The position numbers and the translations under genes are program-made. A model generated the notes under the pieces. It made no database searches. It worked only from the letters and a program-made list of their open reading frames with translations, and was not told the DNA's origin. A stretch of 64,000 bases of DNA from Chara braunii (taxonomy: Eukaryota > Plantae > Charophyceae). Shown here one piece after another: positions 38,924 through 52,863 of the stretch. Positions within the stretch are counted from its first letter, which is position 1; the number at the start of each line of letters is the position of its first letter. The stretch lies in NCBI GenBank assembly GCA_003427395.1, contig BFEA01000015.1, positions 2,867,505 to 2,931,504 on the forward strand. The letters run 5' to 3'.

Positions 38924-41900
38924 TGTCGTACCAAATAGCCTTACGAGGGTATTTGGCGTGTTTTTTGCAAGTTACGTCAGTGCGACCTCGCCCGTCTGAC
39001 GGCACGCGCGTGAGAGGAAGCTTTGGTCCTCGCGTGGGTGAGCAGCGCGCACGGAGTATTGACGGCGATGTGCAACCATGCGCAGCCTGGGTGTGCGGGG
39101 CGTCGCGAACTAGTGGGATACGAGACATTCATTTTTGGTTTTATTATTTATTTATTGATTTGTTTTTATTGTTTCTACCTCAGTGATCGGTTTTGTTCCC
39201 GTCGTCGGACACGGGTGGTCGCCGCGACAGACGGGGACCTTGGGTGCCCGCCTCGCTCAACGGGCCGCGGGTTCAGGGTGCTGGCGAAAGTCTTCTACCA
39301 CGCCGTTGCTAAGAATACGGCACAGTCAGGGCTTGAGTGTGCCATTGCACCTAAGGAAAAAGGGTCGGTAATACTGAGTGTATATGACCTACGTTTCGGG
39401 TCCGGTGAGGCGGAGAGGGGGTGTGTTGTATTTGCGGGATGGCCTGGAGTGTGGCTACAAATTGCTTTTGTGACTGCGCCGAAGTTACCCCACTAAAGTA
39501 TTACAGGGAACCCGTGGCAACCACATCCGTGCTCAAGCCCTGAGCGGGGGAGCATGCGGGAGCCGCCCCCACCAGCAGGGGCGATACGGGCCAGGGTGTG
39601 CGCCTCGCTCAACGGGCTGCAGGTTCAGGGTGTTGGCGAAAGTCTTATACCACGTCGTTGCTAAGAATACGGCACGGTCAGGGCTTGAGTGTGCCATTGC
39701 ACCTAAGGAAAAATGGTCGGTAATGCTGAGTGTATATGACCTACGCTTCGGATCCGTTGAGGCTAAGAGGGGGTGTGTTGTATTTGCGGGATGGTCTAGA
39801 GTGTGGCTACAAATTGCTTTCGTGACTGCGCCGAAGTTACCCCACTAAAGTATTACGGGGAACCCGTGGCAGCCACATTCGTGCTCAAGCCCGGAGCGGG
39901 GGAGCATGCGGGAGCCGCCCCACCAACAGCGGCGATACGGGCCAGGTACCAGCCGGTAGCATTGGAGTTGGGCTTCCTCGATGGGGTCAGTCCCCTCTGG
40001 CCATCTCCCCCTATGAGCGTCGGCGGCCTCCGCCTAATGCTACTCGGCGGGGACCAGCGGCATATCTCTAAGTCGCGGGCACTAAGCTTGCCCTCGGACC
40101 ATAAGCTGCAAAGATCGGCAGCGGGGCAAATCGATAGCGCGACGGAGCTGCAAAAGACCGGCAGTCGGGGCGAGCAGAGACCACAGTCGGGCAAGCAGAG
40201 AGCACAACAGGGCGAGCAGAGAGCGTAGTAGGGCGAGTAGAGAGCTCAGCGGGGCAGCGCAGCAGAGGCAAGGCGGAGCTGCAAGAGCAGACGGCGGATG
40301 CAGAAAGAATGAATGAACCCGAACGAGTTGGCACACAGAGGACATTCGGCGTAGGGGGAGAGCGGAGTGCCACAGAGCGGTGTTGAGCGAGGCGCCATGA
40401 AGTAAGGGAAAGCAGAGCGCCACAGAGTTGGGCAGAGCGGGGTGCCACACAGTGAGGGGAGAGGAGAAGCGGCGAGCGTTAAGGCTGAGAAACAGGGCAG
40501 AAAAGGGGAGGAATGAACCGAGACAAGGGTGTGTGCCAGATGCGGGTAAACGAAGACTGAGATGGTGTAGGCGGAGAGAAGACTGTTCACAGTGGGAGGA
40601 GTTTTTCCTCGTTCGATTCTTACCAGAATCGAGCGAGGAAAAGTGCGATTTCTTGGTTCTTGCCACGGGCTAGTTCGGTGGTCGAGTTAGTTTTAGTATT
40701 AGATTAGTATAATAAAAGTTAGTAAAGAAAGTGAGTGCGCGGACATGGCGGAGGGGAGAGTGACATGACGTAAAGATATGAATTACTTGCCTGATTCTTT
40801 ACGGAATTGGGTGAAGTAGAAGACGATTCTGTGGTTTAGAAGAAGGGCGACCAAGATTATGAAGTTAGTTTTGGAGGAGAGTTAGTAGAAAAGGAGCTGG
40901 AGTAGAAAGGTGGTGCGCGGAGCTATGGAGGAATGGAGAGAAAGAGAGGAAAGAGCAGCGATCTTGCCCGATTCTTGACGAAAACAGGCGACTGGAGGAC
41001 CAATTCGGAGGTTTTGTTGATGGGCGAATCCGAATCTAACATCAGAATTAGTAAACGGTTAGTAATTTGGGAGGTAAAGAAGAAACCGGCCGCGTGGACA
41101 TGGTAATGGGAGAGAAGGTTACAGTGAAAGAGGGGGGGGACGAGTGTACCTCACTCGTTTCCGGTCGGATTTTAGGGGAGAAAGAGCATATACGGGGATT
41201 TTAATGCATTGCGGATCGATTGACTACATCGGATTTTTGGTTTGCGCAACAGATTGACGGGAGCTGCGTGCGGGATGTTGGCTTTAAAAGGGTGAACGCA
41301 CTTGTCCGCAGTTTAGCGGAAGGTTCATTCTCAGTTAGCCCATAGTGGGCGCAGTAGTCTAGCGACCAGCGACTGAGGCCTGCATTGGGAGATGCATGAA
41401 CGAGGTACTTACCTCGAGCGTACCGCAGTTCAGCCATGGTCGGCGGTAGGGGAAACGAGTGTGGGTCAGCTCGTGGAGGGATAGCACGTACCTGGTCAAC
41501 AAGGAGACGTTGCGGGGTGAATTGAAAGTCGAGCCACGATGCTGAACTGCGCAGACTGCCATCAAGGGAAGCCGGGAAGAGCAGCGGTTGGCTGCATAGC
41601 CCTGCGCTCTGATAGAAGATTCATTTCGATTTTGCTCATCCTGTCACCGGAACCGGCGTAAGGCCAGCCGCGGGGTCGGAAACTAACCGGCTGGTTGGTT
41701 CGGAGCGGCACAGGAGCAAGCCGCGAGGATTGGGGGCTTGCCTGTTTTAGTCTATGCGCCGCCCCGATCCCCGACCCTAGCAGTGCGGGATGAGCCGCAA
41801 GGATTGAAATACTTACGTGTTGCTCATTTTCGATAGTCGAAGCAGCCAAGGAACGAGCCACAATGGTCTGAAGGATGTCTGCTGGTTGGAGTGCTGCCCA

Positions 41901-44900
41901 CCCAGCTAGAGCAAGCGAGTGAGGAGCGAGTAGCTAGCAGGGGAGAGGCCCACCTGCGGATTTGTTTGCTGCCCACCTTCCCGGACGAAGTGAAGCAAGG
42001 CAGACTGTCGAAACAGTAATGTGTCGACCATCCAGCCAGTGGTAGTGGAGTAAAGCAAGCTGCGAGGCGACAAAGCTAGCTGAGGATGGGGAGGGTCATC
42101 GGGAAGTCAACATATGGCGTTTTGACTTCGGTTGGCCAAGTTGTTGCGCATTTGCCTGCCATTGCGGAGCCCTCGGGCGAGTCAAGGAACCAAGGTTCTC
42201 TCGCGCGAGTCTGAGTGTACCTCTCCTGGATCTGAGAGACTAAGAAACTTTTTCCTTCTGCCCTTCTAACTCTCAGTCTAATCCTGTTTTGAGAGGAAGG
42301 CGGCAGGCGGGATTGCAACCTGTAGGACCGCAGCAAGACTTTGTGGGGAGTTCGCCCACCGATTGCGGGAGCTCTGCCAAAACTCAGGAGGAGTTCTGGA
42401 GGCAGGGAACTGAAAGGTAACTTTCATCTCCTTCTATAAACTCGGTTATAACCCTTACCTGTATCTCTTGCTATGTTTGACTGAGTATACTGCTTGTATC
42501 CTTACTTTGACTTTTATGTTTGACTTTCAGGATACAATCCAGACTTCATGAAAGGAATGATTGTGCAAGTTGCAGTTTCAGTTTTGTTTCTCTGGCTGAA
42601 AGTAGATTGTGGGATTGCACATGGGGGAAGGATGGGAGAAAGTTGGTTGTATTGCTTGGTTGGCTGGGTCAATCAAAGGCTGGGCAAGTCTCCATAAGTT
42701 TGGGGAGGCTCAGTGCTATGTTTATTTTTCGATTACCTGAAGGACCAGACATGTTCTCATAAGTCTGGGTGGTCTGATTGCTCTTACTTGCGAGGGCTGA
42801 CTGTGATTGACTTTTCAGGGACCAAGCATGTTCCATAAGTTTGGGTGGCTTGGTCGCCTTGTTAACTTTAGGTTTCTTATAATTTCTTTTGGTTCTGAAC
42901 GAGGAGGTCTGAGCATGTACCATAAGTTTTGGTGGCTCAACCTCTTCCTGCTTTGGCTTTAAGAAAAAGAACCTGGCAGAGGACCAGACATGTTCCATAA
43001 GTTTTTGTGGTCTTGGTCCAATGCCACACACATGGTGGAACCAAAATGATATAACTTGGCTATACTTTATTACTATCCTACTTATGAACAGGCTAGTCAG
43101 AGAGGGTTCCATAAGTTTAGGTGGTTTGACTATAGCTTATCACAAACTGAAGAGAATATCAACTATGAATAAATTTGTGGTACGAAGGGGTAGACTGAAT
43201 CTTGAGCTAAAGATGATTGGTTCAGTTACATGCTACCTAAAAAAACTAAGTGCAAATAATTATATAAAACTGGGATACTTAAACAGTTCAGGGCGACTAG
43301 GGTGGCCTAGTCACATGCATAAAGAAGAGAAAAGTTATAGTGCCCTGTGTTTGTGTATATTCAATGGTTGAGCTAGACATGTTCCATAAGTTTGGGTGGT
43401 CTAACTTTATGCCCTATGTAAGCTAGGTATAAAGAGATAAATCATCGAAAGATCATGAATTATTGTTTGATAAAGTTGGATTTGGGATGGTAAGAGTACT
43501 TACCTTTGTTGTTTGGTCTGCATGTGGCTGAGTGAGAGTACTACTTAGTCTGAGTTTCAGTTGATAGGTAGTTGCTTTAGTTGTTCGCCACATGCTAGAG
43601 CTATATTTTCTGAGCTAAGTTTATTTTTACTTAAGTCAATTTCTGCATTTTCTGGGATCTTTTTTTATACTTGGCTTTTTATAAATTTTGGTAACCTACT
43701 TTCTCTACGGGTAGCGCTGCCGAAATTTCTACAAAACTAAGGAGTTAGTCAGATTTTGTTTTTTCAAATTTCGACTTGTCTAACTTTTATATATGACTTA
43801 GTAAAAATCTGGAGAGTCTCTTTTTCTAAAGGACGTGTTGCCCGAATTTTTGTTAATTCATGGAGTTAGACAAAATTGAACCTTGAGAAGTCAAAGTCAC
43901 TCTAAATTCTGAACTTAGCTTTGTATAAATATTGGTAAGCCACTTTCTCTACGGGAAGCGCTGCCGAAATTTCTGCAAATCCAATGAGTCAATCAAAATT
44001 TGACTTTTTGAAAGTTCAATTTGTCTGATTTTTTATATATGGCTTAGTAAAAATCTGGGAAGTCTCCTTTTTTAAAGGGAGTGCTGCCCAAATTTTTGCT
44101 AATTCAGGGAGTTGGACAAAATTTGGCTTTGGAAGGTTGAAGATTATTTTTGATTTCATATTAAGACTGATATAAATTATGGAAAGACACTTTTCCTACG
44201 GGAAGCGCTGCCAAATTTTTTTTTTTTTAGAGAAGATAAATTATATTTTGACAAGCAGCAACTCTGGCCATCCACTCTTTATGGGGGAGATTTTGTCATA
44301 GGTCTACCTTTCTTTGGACACTGGCTTAGAGATAGACCTAGGCTTGGTTATCAGGAGAATCTTGAATGAGAACGTGTCATGGAGATTTGTTCTCCATACA
44401 CTGATAATTTAGCTTGGGCATTGACCTGTCTTATGATACGGGCCTTCTTTGGACATTCGATCCAGGATTTGGACTAGTTTCAGCCTGATCCTGCGAGGGT
44501 CATCTTCTGTTATCACTAATAACAGGTCGGTTGGTTGATCGCCGACTTGTCGGTTCATGACACAACTTTGCTTACCTCAACTTGATTGCCTTAGCCCTGA
44601 GATTTAATATGTTTCTTTGAGGATTTTAACTGGACTTCTTTTAATGGTCATTATAAATAATTTATGAGATTTATGAAAATTTGAACTAAGACTGGGGCTT
44701 GAGTGTGTGAGGCGTGGTGTGAGTTACAGGGAACAGTAAAGTTGACCACATTGGTGTATGACAATGTGGTTATCGTTTGTGTCTATGTTTTATAAAGGTT
44801 AGTATTTTAGAGCTTGGTATATGAGTCGTACTTTTGAGGCAATGAGAATGACAACCATGTGTGGCACAATCTTCATGCCTGATGGGTTGATGTTTTCCCT

Positions 44901-45955
44901 TTTTTTATTTTTTCTCGAGATCTTATTTGATACATGAGTGTTGGGATGTTAATTTTACTTTGATTTCGCTTGTTAATTTTTTATAGTTAGACGTTGTAGT
45001 CCGTGGCAGCCGTCAAAGTCAAACCCCTTGACTTTTTTCCAGGCCCTGGATGATAGAGTTGGTCTCCAGAGTGATAAGAGACGATTGTCACCACAGGTAT
45101 GAACCTGTGTACCACCCACTCTCCGCAGGGTGTAAAAGAGGGTGTGGTTTTCAACCGCACTTGGCGGTTGTTCAGCGTCGAGAGATCAATCCCTCCAGGC
45201 GCGTGTCAGCCGACACTTGAGTGTCGAATGCAACCCTCGAGATTAACGAGGGCCGCACGAGTATGGGTACTACATAGTACGCCATCATCGCGACTGCTTA
45301 CGTATGCTTGCATTGAGAGTTGATATAAGTTAGCCCTGCGTCCGCGCGGTTTTATGCTAAGTTTCGCGCGCGACGCCAATCCGATTTCCGCATCGGAGAG
45401 TTATGAGATGGCTACTAAGGGACTAGGAGTGTTGTCGCGTTGTTTGTCATGTGTTGCTCTGTATATGTGCGTGTGTGTGCGTGTTTCAATTTTTAAGTTC
45501 TTAAGAGTGGTGTACACGTGGTGCGTGGGATGCGTCCTAGTCGACCGACAACGGGTCACGCTTGGGACTTCAGCCCCCAAGACGTCGGTTCTCGTGTGGG
45601 TTCGATAGAGACGTAAAACCGCGCGTACCCCCTATGCTACAGTGAACGAGAAATGCCCTCGGTTGGTCCACCTCTGCAATTGCAGCTGATTAGCTTTCGT
45701 ACTGTGGACTGGTAGCTCGACGGGGATACGCCCACCAAAGGGAGGTGACAGCTCCCGTAAGGTGGAGGTAAGTCGTGCCTCGCGTAGGGCCTATCCTGTC
45801 GTAGGGGTTCGCGAGAGGTATGGCTGGCGCACTCAGCCGGAGCGGCTTGCGGAAGCTCCATGTATATCCGCGATGACGAATAGACCAACTTCTGCATGAC
45901 GCGGCCGGGAGGGTCCCGCACCGTCTTGTGAGGTGCCGGACCGATGCGTTCGACA
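38924..45955. mobile_element. 7.0-kb non-coding insertion with TGTCG...CGACA ends (giant solo LTR or non-autonomous element)
   Basis: Splits the integrase exactly at DRDP|RFT; termini TGTCGTAC / GTTCGACA; flanks ccgt/ccgc; internal tandem duplications (about 39250-39950 and 43680-44220). Confidence 0.8.
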
Positions 45956-46800
45956 CCGCGCTTTACCAACACATTCTGGCAACACTTATACGAGGTGTAG
46001 GGATCTCAGCTTCGCTTCTCGCCGTCGTACCGCCCTCAAACGGATAGTCAGACTGAGGTCACCAATAAAACTCTCGGTAATATCCTCCGAAAGTTTAGTA
46101 GGGATGCCGGACAGTAAGACTTACACTTAGCCCACACAGAGATCATTCTATTGCGACGTGGTTACCACCCTCGCGTACCCGCGGATTTCCTACGATCGTC
46201 ACAGTTGCGCCCAGACACTCGTTGTCTTGTGCTTGACGACTGGATGGTTTACATGGCAGCGATTACGAAGCGCACACACAAAATTCCACCCAACTCCCTG
46301 TTTCGCATATCCGCACGAGTGAACCGATCACGAATGGATCATTCATTCAAAGTCGGTGACGATATGTTCGTCGACGCATGCCACTTGCAGTTTGAAACGG
46401 ATCCACTTCACAAGTTGAGGCGTCGCTTCTTTGGTCCATGTCAGGCCGTTGGTTCTGATACCACCGCTAATCTGGTCAGATTTCATTCGAAGCTACCTGA
46501 TCATCTTTCACAGACTCGCGTACACGATATTTACCACGTCTCCTTGTTGCGTCCTTATTACAGACCGTCTGAGCGCTTCACCGGACGTCCTTATGGGTGT
46601 CCTCCACCTATCATGGTGGACGTTCACAAGGAGTTCGTTGTTTCTGACATCATATCTCGCCAAGTTACCGACGATACCCCTCCATGCATCGAGTACTTTG
46701 TGCGTTGAAAGGGGTATCCTGATGAGGAAGCTAGTACTTGGGAGCTCCTCGAGCACTTGGACCACGTCCAGATGTTGGTGCGTGCATATGATCGTGCTAT
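45956..46800 (+). mobile_element. Ty3/gypsy (chromovirus) integrase remnant, 3' part with chromodomain
   Basis: RFTNTFWQHL...SYRPQTDSQTEVTNKTL, FKVGD, KLRRRFFGP, YHVSLLRPY, then EFVVSDII...EYFVR*KGYPDEEASTWE. Confidence 0.88.
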
Positions 46801-49800
46801 TCGTGCTGAAACATTTGCTCTCACTCAACCGACTGACATTTTTCCTCCTCCTCCAGCTGAGGAGATTGCTGAGGACGAGCCCGTTCCCTCTTAGGTTGTT
46901 CTTCAGCAACAGATGAACGCCTCCCCTCGTCCACAGCGCACTCGTCAGCGCTCTCGACGTCTCGACGATTAACACTCTGATCACTTACTATTTCTCGACG
47001 AACTCACACCTAAAGGTACTTCATCATCAGCTTCTTCAGAATGTCAAGGTTTTGCGTCTCTGCTTTGACATCGACTCGACTCCTACGTCATCGACGCCAT
47101 CGACCACTTCGACGACTTCAGCTACCTTATCGGCTTCAACTCATTTGGACGTGACTACTTCATGCCACCACCCTACCATGTACATTCCCTTGCATGTGTC
47201 GCATGATGGTTCTCATTTAGCTGGGTCTCTCTGAGTTGGGCTCTCCCTTGGTATCGCATAGGCATCGAGACCGTAGCATTATCTTGGCTTCCCTACTCCC
47301 AGATCTAGCTCCCTCCCTCAGTCGGTGAGTTGTGTGTATGCACCCATTGCATCCCTCATCACTCTAGTGCAGGTTATTGAATGCCTTCAATTAGGTATAT
47401 GTCCACCATATTCCATGCTCCCCTTTCATGGTCGACCATGCATGGTGTCACGTATTCGTCGAGCATTACCCGCCTTGATGGTCTATCTATTAGGGTCATT
47501 GGTTTTGCATCACTACCACTCCCTCACCCTGAGCCTGATGATCTACCCCACCTCGTGCGTAACTGCCCTTAGGAGTTTCGACTCTTCGGCTGCATTCACC
47601 CCCTCTGAGACCATCTCGTTCTTTGTGGTTCAGCGACATGACATTACTTGTGGCATATTGATCTCTTTTCCTTTCAACACTGAGGTAATTGCCTTCAGGA
47701 CTTTAAGATTGTATCTTGCTACATTTTATTTTCTGTTGTTGGCTAGGATGTGTATACCATACATTTGTTCTTCATTTTACATTATGTAGCTTAGGTTACA
47801 TCGCATGGACTTCGCATCCTAGATTTCTCAACTTTCTTTATTGCAGAGTTCTGCCGTTTTTGCGGATAGTGTGTTTATGACTCTTGCGATCCACTACAGG
47901 TCTAAGGATCGTGCAACGGGTCTCTATCTGCCCTGGCCTACAGCCCGACCCTATCAGGCTATTTGCCTGCTTGACCTTTGGGACCAAGTCGTGGCCGTAC
48001 CCCACAGGCCGTGTATTGTTTCAGTCCAGTCCAGTCCTGCCCAGTACCACTGTCGGTACCAATCCAGTCATGTCAGTCAACTGGGGGTATACTACAACTG
48101 CAGTCTGTTTTCAGGTCATTCTTCAGTTGCACACTTCGGAGTACACGTGTGTTGAGTCTGCGTTGGAGTTGCATTGTCCCTTTCACCTCCATCTTCCGAC
48201 TCATCTCCTCCATCCTCATCCCTTCGTCTTGATCCTGACAGACCGCCATCCTGGCGGGTCCATCACACAAGACTTGCGTTTTCACGAGTTTTCAGCCCCT
48301 CATGAAACACTCTCGAAAGAGCGATGATGTTCGACAAAGGATGAAAATAACAGTCATACAACTTTATTTTTTTCGAATGGCATCAGGATAACGGTCTGAC
48401 AACTCTTAAAATTTTAAAGTCCCTCAAGGGTTCGGCCAAGGACGCTTGAAAACGCACGAGTTGCAGGCTGGGGTTTTGAATCTTTCAAGAGCCGCTCTGA
48501 CTGGTTTTTATTTATTTTTTTATTAATATTTATTATTATTATTATTTTTTATTATTATTTTTTTAAGTCCAGGTTGTTGTAGAGGCCAGTTACTAGGCTC
48601 ACATTGATCGTCGGAAGCTGTCAGCTATGGTTGCCCTGAAGAGATGATGCTACCTCTCATCCCATTCTCTCGTCAATACTCTTAGCGCATCCCCTATTCC
48701 TACTATCCTACCTCAGTGTGACTAACGCTCAGGAACATTCCCCTACCATCAAGGGGAACTTGGATCGAACATTAGTGACAAGCACCAGGGCTAGTGACCC
48801 AGCCCTGGTGGAAACGTAGTCGAACGAGTCTCGTCGTACGGGAACTTCGGGCGCCAGGCTCAAACAATCATCTATTAGCCCCTAAGTAAAACGACTAGTA
48901 ACGTACGCCCTCTCTTATCATCTAGACACCTATTATTTGTTGCTCGTCATCTCCTCCCAACCCTATGATTATGTATGTGTGTGTGTTCGGTATTGTAGGT
49001 ATTTGCCTGTAGGCTATGTGTGTGTTTGTAATGTGTGTGGACCTGTAGCAGCTGCTGCTCCCCACCATGGAGCATCTGCGAAGTGAATATCAGTAAGAGG
49101 TACTCTTACAACCTCTACCGATGAATGTGTGACTCGGAGCCATGTGTAGGTAGTATGTATAGGCCCCTAGAGGTACCTTGCCTCAGCGCAGCGAAGGGGT
49201 GACCCAATATACCCATAATCTGTTGCCAACGAATAGGCAACCCTCCTCTAGACTCCGATTATCAATTGGGGCTCCTCCCCCCCAAAAGCCCCTCATGCCT
49301 ATTTGATTTATCCTCAATAGTAGACTGTTTTCCACCTATCAACAGATTCCGGTCATCGGCTAGGTACTTCTTATAGGGATCGGAAGGGATAAACTACAGA
49401 CTCAATAGGTGGTGGGCCATCATCCGTCCTTCCACTAGCCCCCAAGCTTGTCCCTCTGATGTGTCTATCGTGGTTGTACTTGTAGTCAATAGATGGGGTA
49501 GTGTCTCTCTTACAAAAAAATGAAAGATAAAAAAACATTCTATTTTAAAGAAATCCGTTATATTTAAAAATTATCATTCAAATGTTTGTCCAATTATAAA
49601 ATTGTAATTTTTATTTGACAAGCTTCCATTTAAACATGAGTTTTCCCTTCCAACTACATCTATTTGTTGAAGATGGAATGAAAGTCAACGAGTTTATGAA
49701 ATATCTTAATGAGACTTTCATTTTACTATAAGAAATATATTCTAACTTATATTGAATTCACCTATTTATGACTGAAAATCTGTATATAGAATAACAGTAT

Positions 49801-51170
49801 AATTAAAATATTTCATGAACTCATCCAGACTTTCATTCCATCTCTAGTATGCAGTTCAAATAAGAAGGGATACCCTATTCTTGGAAAAAAAGTTTTCAAG
49901 TAAGACGAAAATTTTAAAAGTGGAATGTCATTTTAAAAATGAAATTAAAATTTAAAATTTAAAATGTAAATTTTTAATATAATTATTATTAATTCAGGAA
50001 AAATTTTCTGTTGTAGTGTCTCTCACGTTGTCGAGCGAATCAGCTCCCACCTTTTTGCAAAGAGCGGGAGCCCTCCCGGCCATAGCAAACGAGCAAATGC
50101 CCTCGACTGACCTACCTCTGCAATTGCATTTAAAAGCTTTCGCACGTGGGTCATTAGCTCGGTAGGGATACGCCCCTAAGGGTGGTGACAACCCCTTAGG
50201 GAAGGAAAACTTATGCCCCGGGACTGCGATGGAAAAAAATGGCATTTGCGGGTCACCTCCAGAGGTGACCGCAAAATCCCCTGCCCCGTGGCTTCCCAGA
50301 CCGCTGACAAATGGGTACACCAATAGTACATTTGGTACTTCGGCAAATCTGTATGATCGGCCCACTACCCTTTTTGGTGGGGATTTGGGATTATAGGTCC
50401 CAGTGTGAGTATGCCCTGAGTTAAGGCACTCACACGGGGACTTATATTCCCAAAATCCCAAAAAAAAAGGGAAAAGGCCGGTCACACGGATCTACCGAAT
50501 TCGCAAATGTACTATTTATGTGCCCATTTGTGAGTGGTCTGGGAAGCCACGGGGCAGGGGATTTTGTGGTCACCTCTCTGGAGGTGACCACAAAAGCCTT
50601 TTTTTTTTCCATTTTCTTCAAAAACAAATTAACAAAAATTCGTTCACAAAAGTTCTTGTACAATTTGTGGATGGCGCCATGTGACCAGCCAAGTACCAAA
50701 TCCCGATTTCTCCAGACGGACGCGACCTTGACCCATTTGAAAAGGTATAGCTTGAGCAGTGTGATGTCCATGCCGAGAACCTCAAATCGGCCCTTCCCAA
50801 ATCTGCATATTTTGTGGATTTGGAATCACAGTGTGAGTATGCCCTCACACTGTATACCCAAAATCGTATTTTCTTTAAAAAATGGGATGCCCGATTTGGA
50901 AAAATAGTGGCTGGACTGGTCACACTGGTTCCCCCTTTCGCAACAGACAAGGTTGCGGTTGCCTGGATTTTGGGTCCTCTTCGACTACTCCAAGTCACAC
51001 TGCGATATCACATTTCCTGGCGATATTTTTGTCCTTAAATTTCTTTCCATTTCCACAGGTTGATTTCAAACAAGAAAGGGAATAATTCCCAACTCCCGCG
51101 GCCCCTTAGGCCGCTGACAAATGGGGTCACGAATAAGTAGTTTGGGGAAATGAGATCCTTGTGTGACTAT

Positions 51171-51673
51171 GGGTCTCACTCCACTACTCTAGACTCTCGA
51201 AGATTTTCGAGAGTGAGTCTAGAGTTGTCAGACTCTAGAAACGACTGAAAAAGCGAATATCGCTCCACTTACTCTAAAAGGTCGAACTCGAGAAGGCCTC
51301 TCGGATGTCAAACCGTTTTTCGAGAGAGCTACACGACACGGCTAGCACGCGTTGTCTGCCCAGACTCCAGGTGCACTCTAAAAAAAATGCTCAACTTTCT
51401 AAGGCCCTGGATGGCTCCCTTAAAATTCCTGCTGCTGCAGGCATGCGCTCTTGAACCGTCAAGAGTGCCATGGGAGAGGAGGTTCTTACAACTCAAGAAA
51501 AACATTTTCGTGAGTGCATTCCATGAGGTAGTGGAGCTACGACGGATTCATGTCATCTTCGTGAGTGCAGACTGACAGCTCAAGAACCCGAATTCCAGAC
51601 CCGGCGTCTAGAGTAAGTGGAGCGGTGCCGCTCTCAAGAAATGGCATGTTTTTAGAGTAGTGGAGCGAGACCC
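51171..51673. mobile_element. Harbinger-like MITE
   Basis: TIR gggtctc(a/g)ctccactactcta; 3-bp TSD TAT. Confidence 0.8.
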
Positions 51674-51760
51674 TATTCTTGAACACTATTTTTTCGGGAT
51701 TTCAAGGATTATGCGGATTTGGTACCACAGTGTGAGCGTGCCCTTAGGCTGCTGGATTGA

Positions 51761-51944
51761 GGGCCTTGCTGCACTACTCTAGACTCTCGAAATATTTTGA
51801 GAGTTCGACTAGCATTGTCAGAGAGGCGATATTCTCAAAATACCTGCCTTCGCTGCACTTACTCTAGAACCTCTGACACTCGATCAATTGGCTTACCGTG
51901 AGGGCACGGGTGCACAGCCCGTAGTTTGTATATGTTTGATTGAT

Positions 51945-51981
<37 letters not shown>

Positions 51982-52101
51982 NNNNNNNNNNNNNNNNNNN
52001 NNNNNNNNNNNNNNNNNNNNNNNNNNNNNNNNNNNNNNNNNNNNNNNNNNNNNNNNNNNNNNNNNNNNNNNNNNNNNNNNNNNNNNNNNNNNNNNNNNNN
52101 N

Positions 52102-52154
<53 letters not shown>

Positions 52155-52863
52155 CGCACTTTCGTCGGACTTTTCAGCCCCTGCCCCCGGCCCCGCACGC
52201 CCTTTCCATTTGCCCCTGCTTTGCCACCGTTTCGATTTCGACCAAAACCCAAAGCGCGGTCCCACCGGCAGCTACTGGTCCCTCAATTTTCAAACAAACT
52301 GCCACCCCCCCCCAAAGTGCCATACCTACACCTTCCTGCATTTTTCGAGCCTTCCAACGACCAAACGACCCATAATCAACGACCGGTATAACCAAGGACG
52401 GCGAAAAAATGTCTCCATATCTCAAAGGGGGGAAAACGCACCCCTGACGGGCTGTGAACTCTCGAAACCCTGGGCGTCGTCCGACTTGACAGAAGAGCTG
52501 CACCACTGCGCTACGGGACAGAGTCTGGCCGGCGGGACAGGAGGTCCGCTCTCGAAAGACGAGCCTGTGGGCGGGCAACTCCCGAGGACACTTGCAAATT
52601 CGGTTTTTGCAGGCGGGAGACTCTCGACGTTTCAAGAGTGGCGTTGTAGCGTGGCATCTGACAGCTCTCGATCGGGGATCGGGAAAGGGCGGGCAACTCC
52701 CGAGGACACTTGCAAATTCGGTTTTTGTCGGCGGGAGACTCTCGACGTTTCGGGTGGCATCTGACAGCTCTCGATCGGGTTTCGAGAGTTTCCCGATCCA
52801 GAGTAAGTGCAGCGACGACCCATTCTCAAAACTTGGAGAGTCTAGAGTAGTGCAGCGAGGCCC
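51761..52863. mobile_element. Harbinger-like MITE related to 51171-51673
   Basis: TIR gggcct(t/c)gctgcactactctagactctc; 3-bp TSD TGA; internal ~120-bp duplication (52570-52780). Confidence 0.8.

Noticed and set aside
42685-43400. CRISPR array
   Set aside because: The repeats are degenerate, the spacing is irregular, there are no cas genes, and the context is a eukaryotic transposon.
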